The notes: generated from the letters alone by a model not told the origin. A stretch of DNA of 36,100 bases from Candidatus Woesearchaeota archaeon (GCA_964358335.1 CAYHOW010000001.1:1-36100); one strand, 5' to 3'; positions 1 through 8,637 are shown, numbered from the stretch's first letter. Numbers and translations: made by a program.

Positions 1-311
1 GCTTAGTTCTTGAAAAAGATACCATTATTGCAAATAATGGCAAGACTGGTCAGCAGATTTGTAAACAAGCTTCTAAAAATTGTATGTTAGTGTTTAAGAC
101 TGCCCAAATGAGCCTTCTTGATAGCAAGGATAAGACCTGCAGCGGCAAAGTGCAAATGATATCCACTGACCATTTGTTCATCTGGCCATGCAATAAGCCA
201 ATATTCCAAGAGGAAAAATATTGCGTGTCTAATACAATCAGGAATCTTGTAGAGCCAGAGTATGGAGATAGATCAACAGTCTCAACTCCGGACAGCATAC
301 TCTGCTGCTAA
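1..311 (+). CDS. 3' end of a gene entering from upstream of the window; Cys-rich C-terminal fragment, product unknown
   Basis: The frame of ORF 84..311 is open from the window edge (LVLEKDTIIANNGKTGQQICKQASKNC...PDSILCC*) to TAA 309-311. An oligo-T tract follows directly. No family recognised. Confidence 0.45.
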   Translation, partial: LVLEKDTIIANNGKTGQQICKQASKNCMLVFKTAQMSLLDSKDKTCSGKVQMISTDHLFIWPCNKPIFQEEKYCVSNTIRNLVEPEYGDRSTVSTPDSILCC

Positions 312-315
312 CCGC

Positions 316-336
316 TTTTTCTTTTTTTTCTTTTTC
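316..336 (+). terminator. oligo-T tract, archaeal-type terminator candidate
   Basis: The sequence tttttcttttttttctttttc lies immediately after the stop at 311. Confidence 0.35.
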
Positions 337-400
337 TAAAATTATCTTCTTCAAAGTTTGCCTCACTCATCCATCCAGAATCCCCAAAACCAAACACAAT

Positions 401-410
401 ATTTATATAC
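401..410 (+). promoter_or_regulatory. TATA-box candidate for the membrane-protein triplet
   Basis: atttatatac lies about 28 nt upstream of ATG 437. No Shine-Dalgarno sequence lies in between, which fits a leaderless or near-leaderless transcript. Confidence 0.4.
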
Positions 411-436
411 TAAATTGCTCTTATGTTTGATTGAAC

Positions 437-994
437 ATGACAGCATTAGGCTCGGCAATAGACTTTTTAAAGGACTTCGGGTTCTTCGATGTAATCCTGC
501 CTTTCCTTCTGGTGTTCTCAATACTGTTCGGGATACTCGAGAAGACGAAAGTCTTCGGCGTCGAGGAGATTGACGGGAAGAAGTACCCGAGGAAGAACAT
601 CAACTCGATGGTCGCTTTCGTAATCGCGTTCTTCGTCATCGCAACCAAAGAGATAGTCACAGCATTGCAAGTTTCGTTGCCTAAGGTCGCCATGGTGCTT
701 ACAATCGTAGTATGCTTCATGCTTTTGGCAGGCTCGTTCATGGCGGAAGGAGAGTTCAGCTTCGCAGACAACAAGGTATGGAAAGTTTTCCTTACATTAG
801 TGATGTTCATCGCAATATTGTTGATATTCCTTGACGCATTCAACTGGCTTGACCCCATTATCGCATACATACTGTCAGAGAAAAGCACGGTAGTAGTCCC
901 CTTGATAATATTCGCCGGCATGATAGGCACTGTGTTTTACATCATAGGCGGAAGCCCAAAGCCAGGCAAGAAAGAGGAGAAGGAAGGTAAATAA
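437..994 (+). CDS. small polytopic membrane protein, paralog 1 of 3, function unknown
   Basis: Track ORF 431..994 starts at TTG, and ATG 437 is two codons in. The protein has 4-5 hydrophobic segments. Its N-terminal motif FFDVILPFLLVFSILFGILEKTKVFG is shared with the next two ORFs. Confidence 0.7.
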   Translation: MTALGSAIDFLKDFGFFDVILPFLLVFSILFGILEKTKVFGVEEIDGKKYPRKNINSMVAFVIAFFVIATKEIVTALQVSLPKVAMVLTIVVCFMLLAGSFMAEGEFSFADNKVWKVFLTLVMFIAILLIFLDAFNWLDPIIAYILSEKSTVVVPLIIFAGMIGTVFYIIGGSPKPGKKEEKEGK

Positions 995-1569
995 TGGTAT
1001 TCGAGCAAGTGAATTTCAGGGACATGCTGCGGACGATGGAATCTATTGGGTTCTATGACGTGGTGTTCCCTTTCCTTATCGTGTTCACGATATTCTACGG
1101 CATACTGCAGAAAGTAAGGCTGTTCGGCTCTTCAGATTCGACAAAGAACATCAATGTGGTAGTCGCTTTCGTTACTGCGTTCTTCGTGCTGAGGGTGCCT
1201 TGGATAATAGAGACCATAAAGCAGTTCCTGCCGAGAGTCTCGCTGTTGGTCATTGTGCTTCTTATGGTCCTATTGATACTCGGGATATTCGGCACTTCGG
1301 CTGAAGGGTGGACTGGCCTGCCGTTCTTCTTGGCCGTCATACTCTCTGTAGGAGGAATTATCTGGGCTGTCTACGGCTCAATACCCGGCACGACAACGTT
1401 CCTGCCGCCTTGGCTGCAATTGACGCCGAGCGACAAGGGGATACTTATGGCCATTGGCATATTCGTGCTGATACTTTATATGTTCAAGGAAAAGAAGCCC
1501 GAAGATAAAGGCATGGCCACAAAGTTCGTTGAGGCTCTCTCTGACCCAAGGAACTTCGGGAGGAAATAA
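994..1569 (+). CDS. small polytopic membrane protein, paralog 2 of 3
   Basis: The ATG overlaps the preceding TAA by 1 nt (TAATG). Motif FYDVVFPFLIVFTIFYGILQKVRLFG, with the same length class and hydrophobicity layout as paralog 1. Confidence 0.7.
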   Translation: MVFEQVNFRDMLRTMESIGFYDVVFPFLIVFTIFYGILQKVRLFGSSDSTKNINVVVAFVTAFFVLRVPWIIETIKQFLPRVSLLVIVLLMVLLILGIFGTSAEGWTGLPFFLAVILSVGGIIWAVYGSIPGTTTFLPPWLQLTPSDKGILMAIGIFVLILYMFKEKKPEDKGMATKFVEALSDPRNFGRK

Positions 1570-1573
1570 GTAA

Positions 1574-2113
1574 ATGGCATCGTTCCTGGACATCGGAATC
1601 CTGAACTACTTCGTTCCCGCTTTCGTTTTCCTGCTAGTCTACGGGCTTATTCTTGCCATACTCGAGAAGACAAAAGTCTTCGGCGACACGAAGGCCGCAA
1701 ACCAGGTGGTCGCGCTGTCCGTGGCCGTGCTGTTTGTCCTTACCCCCGACCTTGTGGGGATAGTCAAGATAATCACTCCGTGGTTCACTGTGATGCTGGT
1801 CTTCTTGCTGATGATAATGATGCTGTTCCTTTTCGCCGGAGTCAAGGAATCCGATATAACCAAGCAGTTCAGCGACAGGGGCACAGTGTGGATAATCATC
1901 GTAATAATCATTACAATTTTCATCTATGCCTTGACGCAGGTCTACGGCGCACAGATACAGACTATCTATGGCGGGCAAAATGCCACCGAGCAGGGCGGCC
2001 TAAATCAGGTCATAGGCCAGATAATATTCCATCCCAGGATATTGGGCATGCTGTTCCTTTTGGTAGTCGCAGCCCAGGCTGTCAGGATGATTAGCGGCGG
2101 CGACAAGAAATAA
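1574..2113 (+). CDS. small polytopic membrane protein, paralog 3 of 3
   Basis: A 4-nt gap separates it from paralog 2. Motif NYFVPAFVFLLVYGLILAILEKTKVFG. Confidence 0.7.
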   Translation: MASFLDIGILNYFVPAFVFLLVYGLILAILEKTKVFGDTKAANQVVALSVAVLFVLTPDLVGIVKIITPWFTVMLVFLLMIMMLFLFAGVKESDITKQFSDRGTVWIIIVIIITIFIYALTQVYGAQIQTIYGGQNATEQGGLNQVIGQIIFHPRILGMLFLLVVAAQAVRMISGGDKK

Positions 2114-2124
2114 AACAGAAATAA

Positions 2125-2844
2125 TTATTTTTTCTTTGGGCTTGACCCTCTCAATTCCTCGGTTATCCTTGCAAGCTCCTTGATGTTAGACGAAAGGGGC
2201 TCGAGTATCTTCTCGAAAACTTTCTCCAGCGCCTTCATCTCGCTGCCTATGTCGGTTATTCCCCTGCTGTACTCGTCTACCTTGCCAAGGATGGCTGCCT
2301 GCAGGTTGTCGAACCTGCCCTGGATCCTTAGTATCTCTTGCTTGATGGCCTCATTCTCGTCTGCCATCTGGACCTTCCATGTCGCGATATCGCCGACCGA
2401 GCTCATGAGCTCGCGCCATTTCTCGTCAATGATCTCCTCGACCAATGACTGGACGTCGTCCTGGCTAAGGCCGTAGCCTTGCGGCATCGCCTGCTGCGCG
2501 GCCGCATCCGCCATATCCTGCGGCGAAGGCATCGAGCCGTAATCCTGCGCTGGCTCTGCCGGGTAAGCTGAACTCTGTTCAGGTGCTGGAACGGGAATAT
2601 CTGCCTCTTTCTCCAATTCTGATATCCTCATCTCTTCCGACGGTTGGTACTCTTCATTAGCCATGTTTCCTCCTGGCGGCGCAAGGTCGCCCTCGACGCC
2701 ACTCTTTATGCTTGCCTGGTTGAAGGCCTCATTTATCTGCTGAAGCCCGTAGCCCTGGCTGCGCAAATCCTGCATTATCTGCTGCTTGGTCCTGCCTTCC
2801 TTCATGAGGCCAAGGACCGTGTCAGTCGGTGTTCCCTTTGGCAT
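2125..2844 (-). CDS. hypothetical protein: small N-terminal helical domain, acidic/Pro-rich linker, C-terminal coiled coil
   Basis: 239-aa ORF with an AAGGA-type RBS region upstream. The C-terminal half is heptad-like (ENEAIKQEILRIQGRFDNLQAAILGKVDEY...). The antisense ORF 2180..2476 is Ser/Leu/Phe-rich, as expected for the reverse of a coiled coil. Confidence 0.6.
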   Translation of the reverse strand: MPKGTPTDTVLGLMKEGRTKQQIMQDLRSQGYGLQQINEAFNQASIKSGVEGDLAPPGGNMANEEYQPSEEMRISELEKEADIPVPAPEQSSAYPAEPAQDYGSMPSPQDMADAAAQQAMPQGYGLSQDDVQSLVEEIIDEKWRELMSSVGDIATWKVQMADENEAIKQEILRIQGRFDNLQAAILGKVDEYSRGITDIGSEMKALEKVFEKILEPLSSNIKELARITEELRGSSPKKK

Positions 2845-3244
2845 TTTGTAATGTTTTCCTTACTTCCTCTTCAACCAGCTTCCTAACTTCTGAAGTTGTC
2901 ACGAATGTCAAGGGGTTCCATAAGTTAATATATTTTTCTAGTATCTTCAGGCTGTCCTTCCTTGCGAAATTGTTGGCCTCTTCAGTCAAATGCTTCATTA
3001 TGTTCTTGATGTTGTTCAGGTCGCTCTTCAGGTCGCTTATCTCGCCTTCCAATGACTTGACTTCCCTGATTATCTTCTTGTACTCCTCTATCATGTTCTG
3101 GTTCATCACCAGCATGCGCTCGCCCAGCAGCGAGTTCTTGCTCTCTATGACCCTTATCCTGTTAGTCAACTCTATAAGAACCTGATCCTGGGCGCCATAC
3201 TGCTCTCCGCCGTAGGCCTGCTGTTGTTCTGGGTTGCCTTGCAT
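2822..3244 (-). CDS. hypothetical coiled-coil protein
   Basis: The track ORF runs to 3295. I prefer the internal ATG 3244 (MQGNPEQQQ...) because 3245-3295 lies only 3 nt from the tnpB stop and is probably the IS end. The alternative start 3295 is not excluded. The body is a charged heptad-rich sequence, and the ORF overlaps the next gene by 23 nt. Confidence 0.55.
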   Translation of the reverse strand: MQGNPEQQQAYGGEQYGAQDQVLIELTNRIRVIESKNSLLGERMLVMNQNMIEEYKKIIREVKSLEGEISDLKSDLNNIKNIMKHLTEEANNFARKDSLKILEKYINLWNPLTFVTTSEVRKLVEEEVRKTLQNAKGNTD

Positions 3245-4535
3245 TTTGACCAAAAAGTATTGTGAAGCCTTCCAATTGGAGCAACGCCCCTGCATTCGTT
3301 AGCTTGAATGCAATGGAAGTTCTTGGCTCATCGATGAGAATGCGCTCTCATCTTCCCAAGCGTTACTTCCCGCACTTCCTGCGGTAGTATGTATTAAGGC
3401 AAACTGCTTAATAAGCATTGCGGACATTATATCACGGTCCATTTCTATTCCACATTTATTGCACTTATGGACTCTTATAGCCAATGATTTCTCTACCCTG
3501 TTTCCACATATGCAATATTGCGATGTCCCATTTGGATCAACTCTTACTAGTTTGCCACCAGTTTCTTCCACTTTGTAGGCAAGCAGTTGCAGGAATTTGC
3601 CCCAACCGGCATCGCTTATGGACTTTGATAAGTATCTATGATGCAGCATATTATTGATCGATAGCTTTTCTATGGCAATGATTGAATATGAATCTGCCAA
3701 TTTCCGTGATTCCTTGTGTATGAAATCTTTTCTTCGGTTTAATATTTTTTCATGGAGTCTAGCGATTTTAATCCTTGATTTCTGCCTATTTCTCCCCCCT
3801 TTCTTCTTTTTTGAATGGCTCCTCTGCAAATGAGCTAAATTCTTCTCTGATTTCCTTAGCCATCGAGGGTTGTCAACGAAATGGCCTTCGCTGTCCGCAT
3901 AGAAATGAAGCAAGCCTAAGTCAAGGCCGATAATCTTGTCTTTTTTCTCTAATTTTTTTTGTATTTCTTGTTCAACAGAAAAATAAGCATACCATTTATC
4001 GGTGCTCATCTTCTTCAAAGTCATTGTTTTGATTCTGCCTTTAATATTCCTATGCTTTACTATTTCAATATGGCCTATTTTTGAGATATGCAACTTATCG
4101 TCCACCAAAAAACCTTTTTGTGGAAAAGTTATTGAATGATAATGGTTTTTGCCTTTGAACCTTGGATATCCCGGGTTTTCTTTTCTTTTGACCCTACGAA
4201 AAAAATGTTCAAATGCAATACTCACTCTTTTGCCTGCATTCTGAAGCACTTGAGAATGAATATTTTTGAGCTCGGGATATTCCTCTTTCAAAACTAAAAG
4301 ATGTTTATTTAGGCCAAAATAATTAACATTGACGCAGTTTTGTTCATATGATTTAATCTTAAACGATAATTGCTCATTATAAACGAAGCGTACGAGTTCT
4401 AACTGGTTTAACAAATTTGCCTTCTGTTCTTTTGTAGGGTATAAGCGAAATTGGTAGGTTTTTAACATGCAATATAATCGGTAAATCGTGTTTATAAGGG
4501 TTGCGCGCACACTTGTCGGGTGTCGAGTGGTCTTA
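3245..4535 (-). mobile_element. IS1341-like (tnpB-only) IS200/IS605-family element; ends not determined
   Basis: There is a tnpB but no Y1 tnpA. The element body is visibly AT-richer than both flanks. A GC-rich imperfect palindrome (4510-4529) lies about 45 nt upstream of the tnpB ATG. The boundaries are guesses. Confidence 0.4.
3299..4468 (-). CDS. tnpB: TnpB (IS200/IS605-family OrfB, RuvC-like RNA-guided nuclease family)
   Basis: The N-terminus MLKTYQFRLYPTKEQ is the classic TnpB start. RuvC-like triad candidates are IGLDLGL (D), IAIEKL (E) and MDRDIMSA (D). Zn finger CICG...CNKCG. The GTG at 4510 in the track is probably upstream of the true start. Confidence 0.9.
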   Translation of the reverse strand: MLKTYQFRLYPTKEQKANLLNQLELVRFVYNEQLSFKIKSYEQNCVNVNYFGLNKHLLVLKEEYPELKNIHSQVLQNAGKRVSIAFEHFFRRVKRKENPGYPRFKGKNHYHSITFPQKGFLVDDKLHISKIGHIEIVKHRNIKGRIKTMTLKKMSTDKWYAYFSVEQEIQKKLEKKDKIIGLDLGLLHFYADSEGHFVDNPRWLRKSEKNLAHLQRSHSKKKKGGRNRQKSRIKIARLHEKILNRRKDFIHKESRKLADSYSIIAIEKLSINNMLHHRYLSKSISDAGWGKFLQLLAYKVEETGGKLVRVDPNGTSQYCICGNRVEKSLAIRVHKCNKCGIEMDRDIMSAMLIKQFALIHTTAGSAGSNAWEDESAFSSMSQELPLHSS

Positions 4536-4735
4536 AGAATATACTTATTTTATAGAAATCACAGAAGATTTATGACATAATCGGAAACAATAATTGAAAA
4601 CAGCAAAATACAATCTATTTTTTCGAAAAGAAAGTCCTAATTTCTGAAAGCAACAAATTAACCACGCGACAATAAGGATGTCCATTACCACATGGTTTAA
4701 TCTTGGATGTTGTTAGGATATAGGTCAATTGGCAT

Positions 4736-4748
4736 AAAATATATAAAT
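4736..4748 (+). promoter_or_regulatory. TATA-box candidate for the pilus ATPase operon
   Basis: aaaatatataaat lies about 40 nt upstream of ATG 4786. A second AT-rich box lies at 4765-4772. Confidence 0.35.
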
Positions 4749-4785
4749 CGATGGAGAAATAGATAATATATACAAAAGTGGTAAC

Positions 4786-7700
4786 ATGGCTGATAAAAAG
4801 ACGGTGACGCCTCAAGGCTACGAGATAGTCAGGGAAGGCGCTGAAGAGGTCATACGCTTGAACTATGAGAGCGTCCCGTATTCTCCTACGATTGAAGACA
4901 ACCCCTATGTCATGATGGACGTCATCGACAAGCTTGTCGAGAACCCCTCAATCGGCCGGATAACCTTCATGCAGCGCAGGCATTACAATTACGAGTTCGA
5001 GCAGACCCAGATGCTCATGCAGGTAGCCAACCTCTACAGCTACATGGTGAAGAGGAAGAAGGCGCTCAGCCCTGCCGCCATGGGCACGACGTTCGAGAAT
5101 CCCGGAATCGTTGCCGAAAGGCACAGCACCGTGAGGTACATCGTGTTCGAGCTCCTTAGGTCTGACCCGCTGGGCGCCTATGTCGAGCTCAAGCGCCTCA
5201 TCCGGCTTGAGACAATCAAGCAGAGGAAGACCGAGGACTTGAGGATGAAGGAGTCCAGGCAGGTCTTCATGGACCTTCTGCAGGACATATTCCAGCAGCT
5301 TGAAAAGACAAAGCTTGTGCAGATGGCGATGCCCTACCTTGCCGGCTACACCTTGGGAGACAGGACAGTCTACAAGCTCTTCTTCAGGCCCACCATCACT
5401 CCGGATTTCCTCTTCACGAAGCTCATGGCCCGGCTGCCCTTGGACGGAGAAGAGATGGAGATATATTCCCTTGACAAGAACACCGACGTGACAATATTCA
5501 GCACCACGGACGACATCAAGTACCTGTACCATCTCAACCCGCCGGAGTTCAAGCTCTCGGAAGACAAGTACGCTTTGGTTGACCTTGCCAAGTCTGTCCT
5601 TGCAGAGCACCAGCCAAAGGAAGAGGCTTTCCTTGACCCTGCAAAGATGCGCACCACGTTCTTCAACATCGGCTCTGACCTCCTGAGAGAACTTGCCGAG
5701 CACCAAAACCTTGACCTTACGCCTAAAGAAGTAGTCGAGCTGACCGAGATACTAATCAGGCACACAATAGGGTTCGGATTCATAGAGCTTTTGCTTAAGG
5801 ATGAGAGGATACAGGACGTATCAATAAATGCGCCGAACGGCGACGTCCCAATATTCGTATTGCACGGCACCTATGATAACTGCGTAACCAACATAATACC
5901 TTCGCGAAGCGACGCAGAAAGCTGGGCAACCAAGTTCAGGCTGCTGTCAGGAAGGCCCTTGGATGAAGCTAATCCCATCCTGGACACCGAGCTCCAATTG
6001 CCGCAGGCCAGGGCAAGGGTATCTATGATTACAAAGCCGTTGAACCCGTACGGCCTCGCATACTCGTTCAGGAGGCACAGGGACAAGCCTTGGACCTTGG
6101 CCCTGTTCGCCAAGCAGAAGATGATAAATACCACGGCCGCCGGCCTTTTGAGCTTCCTTATCGACGGCTCGAGAACGATGCTTGTCGCAGGAACAAGGTC
6201 GAGCGGAAAAACATCCTTGTTGGGGGCCTGCCTTGTCGAGATAATGAGGAAGTACCGCATTCTTACTATAGAGGACAGCGTCACAGGCGATGCCGAGCTG
6301 ATTATTAAAGATAAGTCTGGCTTCAGTAGGCTTGATTTTGATGGTCTCTTTGAGAAAAATAAGGCCAAATCAAAAAAGTCAGGCAGCAGAGATGTCATCT
6401 TCAATCCTGATTTTAATGTGTTCTGCATAGATAAAAAAGGCAAAATAAATTTAAAGCCTGCAACCAGGATAATAAGGCATTTTGTCGATAAGCCTATCTA
6501 TGAAGTGACGACTGCGACAGGGAGGGTAATCAAGGCAACTTCTGACCATTCTTTATTTAAGCTTGGCGAAGATAAGATGCTCGAAGAAGTCAAAACATCC
6601 GAGCTGAAAGAAAACGATTTCTTGGCGGTGCCCAGATGCATGACCCTGAATAATAAGGAAAGAAAACATTTTGAAATTAATTTTAATGATATAGGAAGCA
6701 ATATTTTTGTCAAAGGAAAAAATTTTAATAAAATCCTTAATGATAAGAAGATATTATTTATGAAGGCAGGAAGATTCTTAGGCTATGCCAAAGTCACTCT
6801 TCTCTCTATGATTAGACATGGCAGGCTGCCTCTTGCCATCGCAAAAAAGATGGGCTTAGTGAAGCATACCGATATGTTTAAATCCGGGCATAATTCGTTA
6901 TTCATCCCTTCAGAAGTCATATTGGATAATGTCTTCCTTGAGTTCTTGGGCTTGTGGCTGGCCGACGGCTGCTATGATAAGAACAGCATAATTGTCTCTG
7001 TAAGCTCTGAAGAAGAAAGGGATGTTGTCAGAAAAGTCGCTGAAAGATTTAACCTGAAGACTGCTATGCACAGCGATAAGTTCTCCTTGATGATACATTC
7101 CAAATCTTTTAAGTTCCTATTAAAAGATGTCATGGGCCTCAAGGGCAATGCCTATACCAAAAGAATCCCTGAATGGATATTCAATCTTTCAAATAAGCAG
7201 ATATCATCATTCTTAAGAGGGCTGTTTAGCGGAGACGGGTGCGCTTCTGACAGGGAAATTGCGATATCTTTAGCTTCCCCCAAGCTCCTATCCGACATAC
7301 AATCTATTTTATTGAATTTCGGGATTATCTTCAGGATAAACTTGCTAAGGGAACATAAATTCTTGCCTAATGACAGAACCAAAGACGGGAGGATTAGCTC
7401 ATTGAAATCCTTAAGATTATTTAAGCAGATAGGATTCCTGCAGCAAAAAAAGAACAATAATTTGGCTAAGCTGCTGAATAAGGTTTCAGTCAAAGACACT
7501 ACTGATGTTGTCCCATTGCCATTTACGACAAGGACAAAAATAGCTGGAGCCTTGAGCAATCTAGAATTCAACAAAAATGATTATCTCAATAGGGGCAACA
7601 ATGTTGGCAGGGAAAAACTAAAGAGAATTGCGTCGCTCTTAAAGGTTAAATCATCTGATAAGAAATTAGTTTCTTACATCGCCCAATTGTCTGAATCAGA

Positions 7701-8619
7701 CATATTCTGGGATAGGATAGTCAAGGTAAGGAGGGCGGACAAACCGCAATATGTCTATGATATCTCTGTGCCTGAAGATGAGAATTTCATTGCAAATAAT
7801 ATCATGGCTCATAACACTATAGAGCTCCCATCCGAAGCGCTGAGAGAGCTAGGATATGACATCCAGCCTCTAAAAGTACGCTCGGCATTGGTCGAGTCGG
7901 GAACAGAGCTTTCAGCTGCCGAAGGCATAAGGACATCCTTAAGGCTTGGAGATTCCGCATTGATAGTCGGAGAAGTCAGGAGCAAGGAAGCCATCGCGCT
8001 GTATGAGGCAATGAGGATTGGCGCGCTGGCAAACGTCGTCGCGGGAACCATCCACGGAGATTCGCCTTACGGCGTCTTCGATAGGGTTGTAAATGATCTT
8101 GGCGTGCCGAGGACTTCGTTCAAGGCAACTGACCTGATAATCGTGGCAAACCCCCTCAAGAGCCCGGACGGCCTGCACAAGTGGAGAAGGGTCACGCAGA
8201 TAACTGAAGTGAGAAAGGAATGGGAAGATGACCCTCTTACTGAAGGAGGTTTCATCGACCTGATGAAGTACAATGCCCACACTGACCAGCTCGAGCTTTC
8301 GCCAGAACTCGTCAATGGCGACTCCGAAGTAATCAAGTCTATCGGCTCCAACGTGAAGGAGTGGGCAGGAAACTGGGACGCGATATGGGACAACATCAAC
8401 CTGAGGGCGGAAATAAAGAAAAAGACAATCGAGTATTCCGACAGGACGAAGAACGACAAGATGCTTGAGGCCCCTTTCGTGATAAGGTCCAACGACCAGT
8501 TCCATAGGATTTCTAATTCTGTCAGGGAAGATATAGGCGCACTGGACTCCAAGCGCATACTATTTGAGTGGGAAGAGTGGTTGAAAAGAGTTATAAGGAA
8601 AGGAGAGCTACCTAAATAG
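4786..8619 (+). CDS. type II/IV secretion-family ATPase (archaeal FlaI/PilB-like pilus assembly ATPase), intein-containing precursor
   Basis: Walker A is AGTRSSGKTS. The Asp box ILTIED|TIELPSE is reconstituted when residues encoded by 6277-7815 are removed. Walker B is ALIVGEVRSKEA and the His box is AGTIHGDS. The extein is 764 aa. Confidence 0.9.
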   Translation: MADKKTVTPQGYEIVREGAEEVIRLNYESVPYSPTIEDNPYVMMDVIDKLVENPSIGRITFMQRRHYNYEFEQTQMLMQVANLYSYMVKRKKALSPAAMGTTFENPGIVAERHSTVRYIVFELLRSDPLGAYVELKRLIRLETIKQRKTEDLRMKESRQVFMDLLQDIFQQLEKTKLVQMAMPYLAGYTLGDRTVYKLFFRPTITPDFLFTKLMARLPLDGEEMEIYSLDKNTDVTIFSTTDDIKYLYHLNPPEFKLSEDKYALVDLAKSVLAEHQPKEEAFLDPAKMRTTFFNIGSDLLRELAEHQNLDLTPKEVVELTEILIRHTIGFGFIELLLKDERIQDVSINAPNGDVPIFVLHGTYDNCVTNIIPSRSDAESWATKFRLLSGRPLDEANPILDTELQLPQARARVSMITKPLNPYGLAYSFRRHRDKPWTLALFAKQKMINTTAAGLLSFLIDGSRTMLVAGTRSSGKTSLLGACLVEIMRKYRILTIEDSVTGDAELIIKDKSGFSRLDFDGLFEKNKAKSKKSGSRDVIFNPDFNVFCIDKKGKINLKPATRIIRHFVDKPIYEVTTATGRVIKATSDHSLFKLGEDKMLEEVKTSELKENDFLAVPRCMTLNNKERKHFEINFNDIGSNIFVKGKNFNKILNDKKILFMKAGRFLGYAKVTLLSMIRHGRLPLAIAKKMGLVKHTDMFKSGHNSLFIPSEVILDNVFLEFLGLWLADGCYDKNSIIVSVSSEEERDVVRKVAERFNLKTAMHSDKFSLMIHSKSFKFLLKDVMGLKGNAYTKRIPEWIFNLSNKQISSFLRGLFSGDGCASDREIAISLASPKLLSDIQSILLNFGIIFRINLLREHKFLPNDRTKDGRISSLKSLRLFKQIGFLQQKKNNNLAKLLNKVSVKDTTDVVPLPFTTRTKIAGALSNLEFNKNDYLNRGNNVGREKLKRIASLLKVKSSDKKLVSYIAQLSESDIFWDRIVKVRRADKPQYVYDISVPEDENFIANNIMAHNTIELPSEALRELGYDIQPLKVRSALVESGTELSAAEGIRTSLRLGDSALIVGEVRSKEAIALYEAMRIGALANVVAGTIHGDSPYGVFDRVVNDLGVPRTSFKATDLIIVANPLKSPDGLHKWRRVTQITEVRKEWEDDPLTEGGFIDLMKYNAHTDQLELSPELVNGDSEVIKSIGSNVKEWAGNWDAIWDNINLRAEIKKKTIEYSDRTKNDKMLEAPFVIRSNDQFHRISNSVREDIGALDSKRILFEWEEWLKRVIRKGELPK
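6277..7815 (+). mobile_element. 513-aa intein with LAGLIDADG homing-endonuclease domain, inserted in the ATPase Asp box
   Basis: Block A is SVTGDAELII (Ser1) and block B is ATSDH (TxxH). The two LAGLIDADG motifs are LGLWLADGC and LRGLFSGDGC. Blocks F/G are VYDISVPEDENFIANNIMAHN followed by Thr+1. The insert is visibly AT-richer than the exteins. Confidence 0.85.
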
Positions 8620-8637
8620 TGAAAAAAGGGGTAATCC

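Noticed and set aside
421-930. 169-aa minus-strand ORF opposite membrane paralog 1. Similar antisense ORFs lie at 1634..1978, 12661..13104, 16764..17237, 17674..18117, 19617..20102, 21863..22441, 26568..26969, 32043..32423 and 32795..33199.
   Set aside because: Each lies fully inside a better-supported gene on the other strand. That support comes from paralogy, family motifs or operon coupling. None has an RBS or a recognisable motif.
4510-4529. GC-rich imperfect palindrome cacttgtcgggtgtcgagtg, considered as a defined IS200/IS605 left-end hairpin.
   Set aside because: The stem is only about 4+2 bp with a bulge. It is mentioned as a candidate in the TnpB finding but is too weak to annotate as a feature.
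4469-4785. The larger non-coding spacers (4469-4785, 23629-23835, 24457-24707, 27031-27174, 31136-31370) were scanned by eye for tRNA or other structured RNA genes.
   Set aside because: No acceptor-stem or T-loop (GTTCRANNC) pattern or extended GC-rich helices were seen. The regions are AT-rich. A covariance-model scan would be needed to exclude small ncRNAs.
4615-4815. 66-aa minus-strand ORF in the tnpB-ATPase intergenic region.
   Set aside because: It overlaps the ATPase start and TATA region, is AT-rich and low-complexity, and has no RBS. It is most likely promoter DNA.
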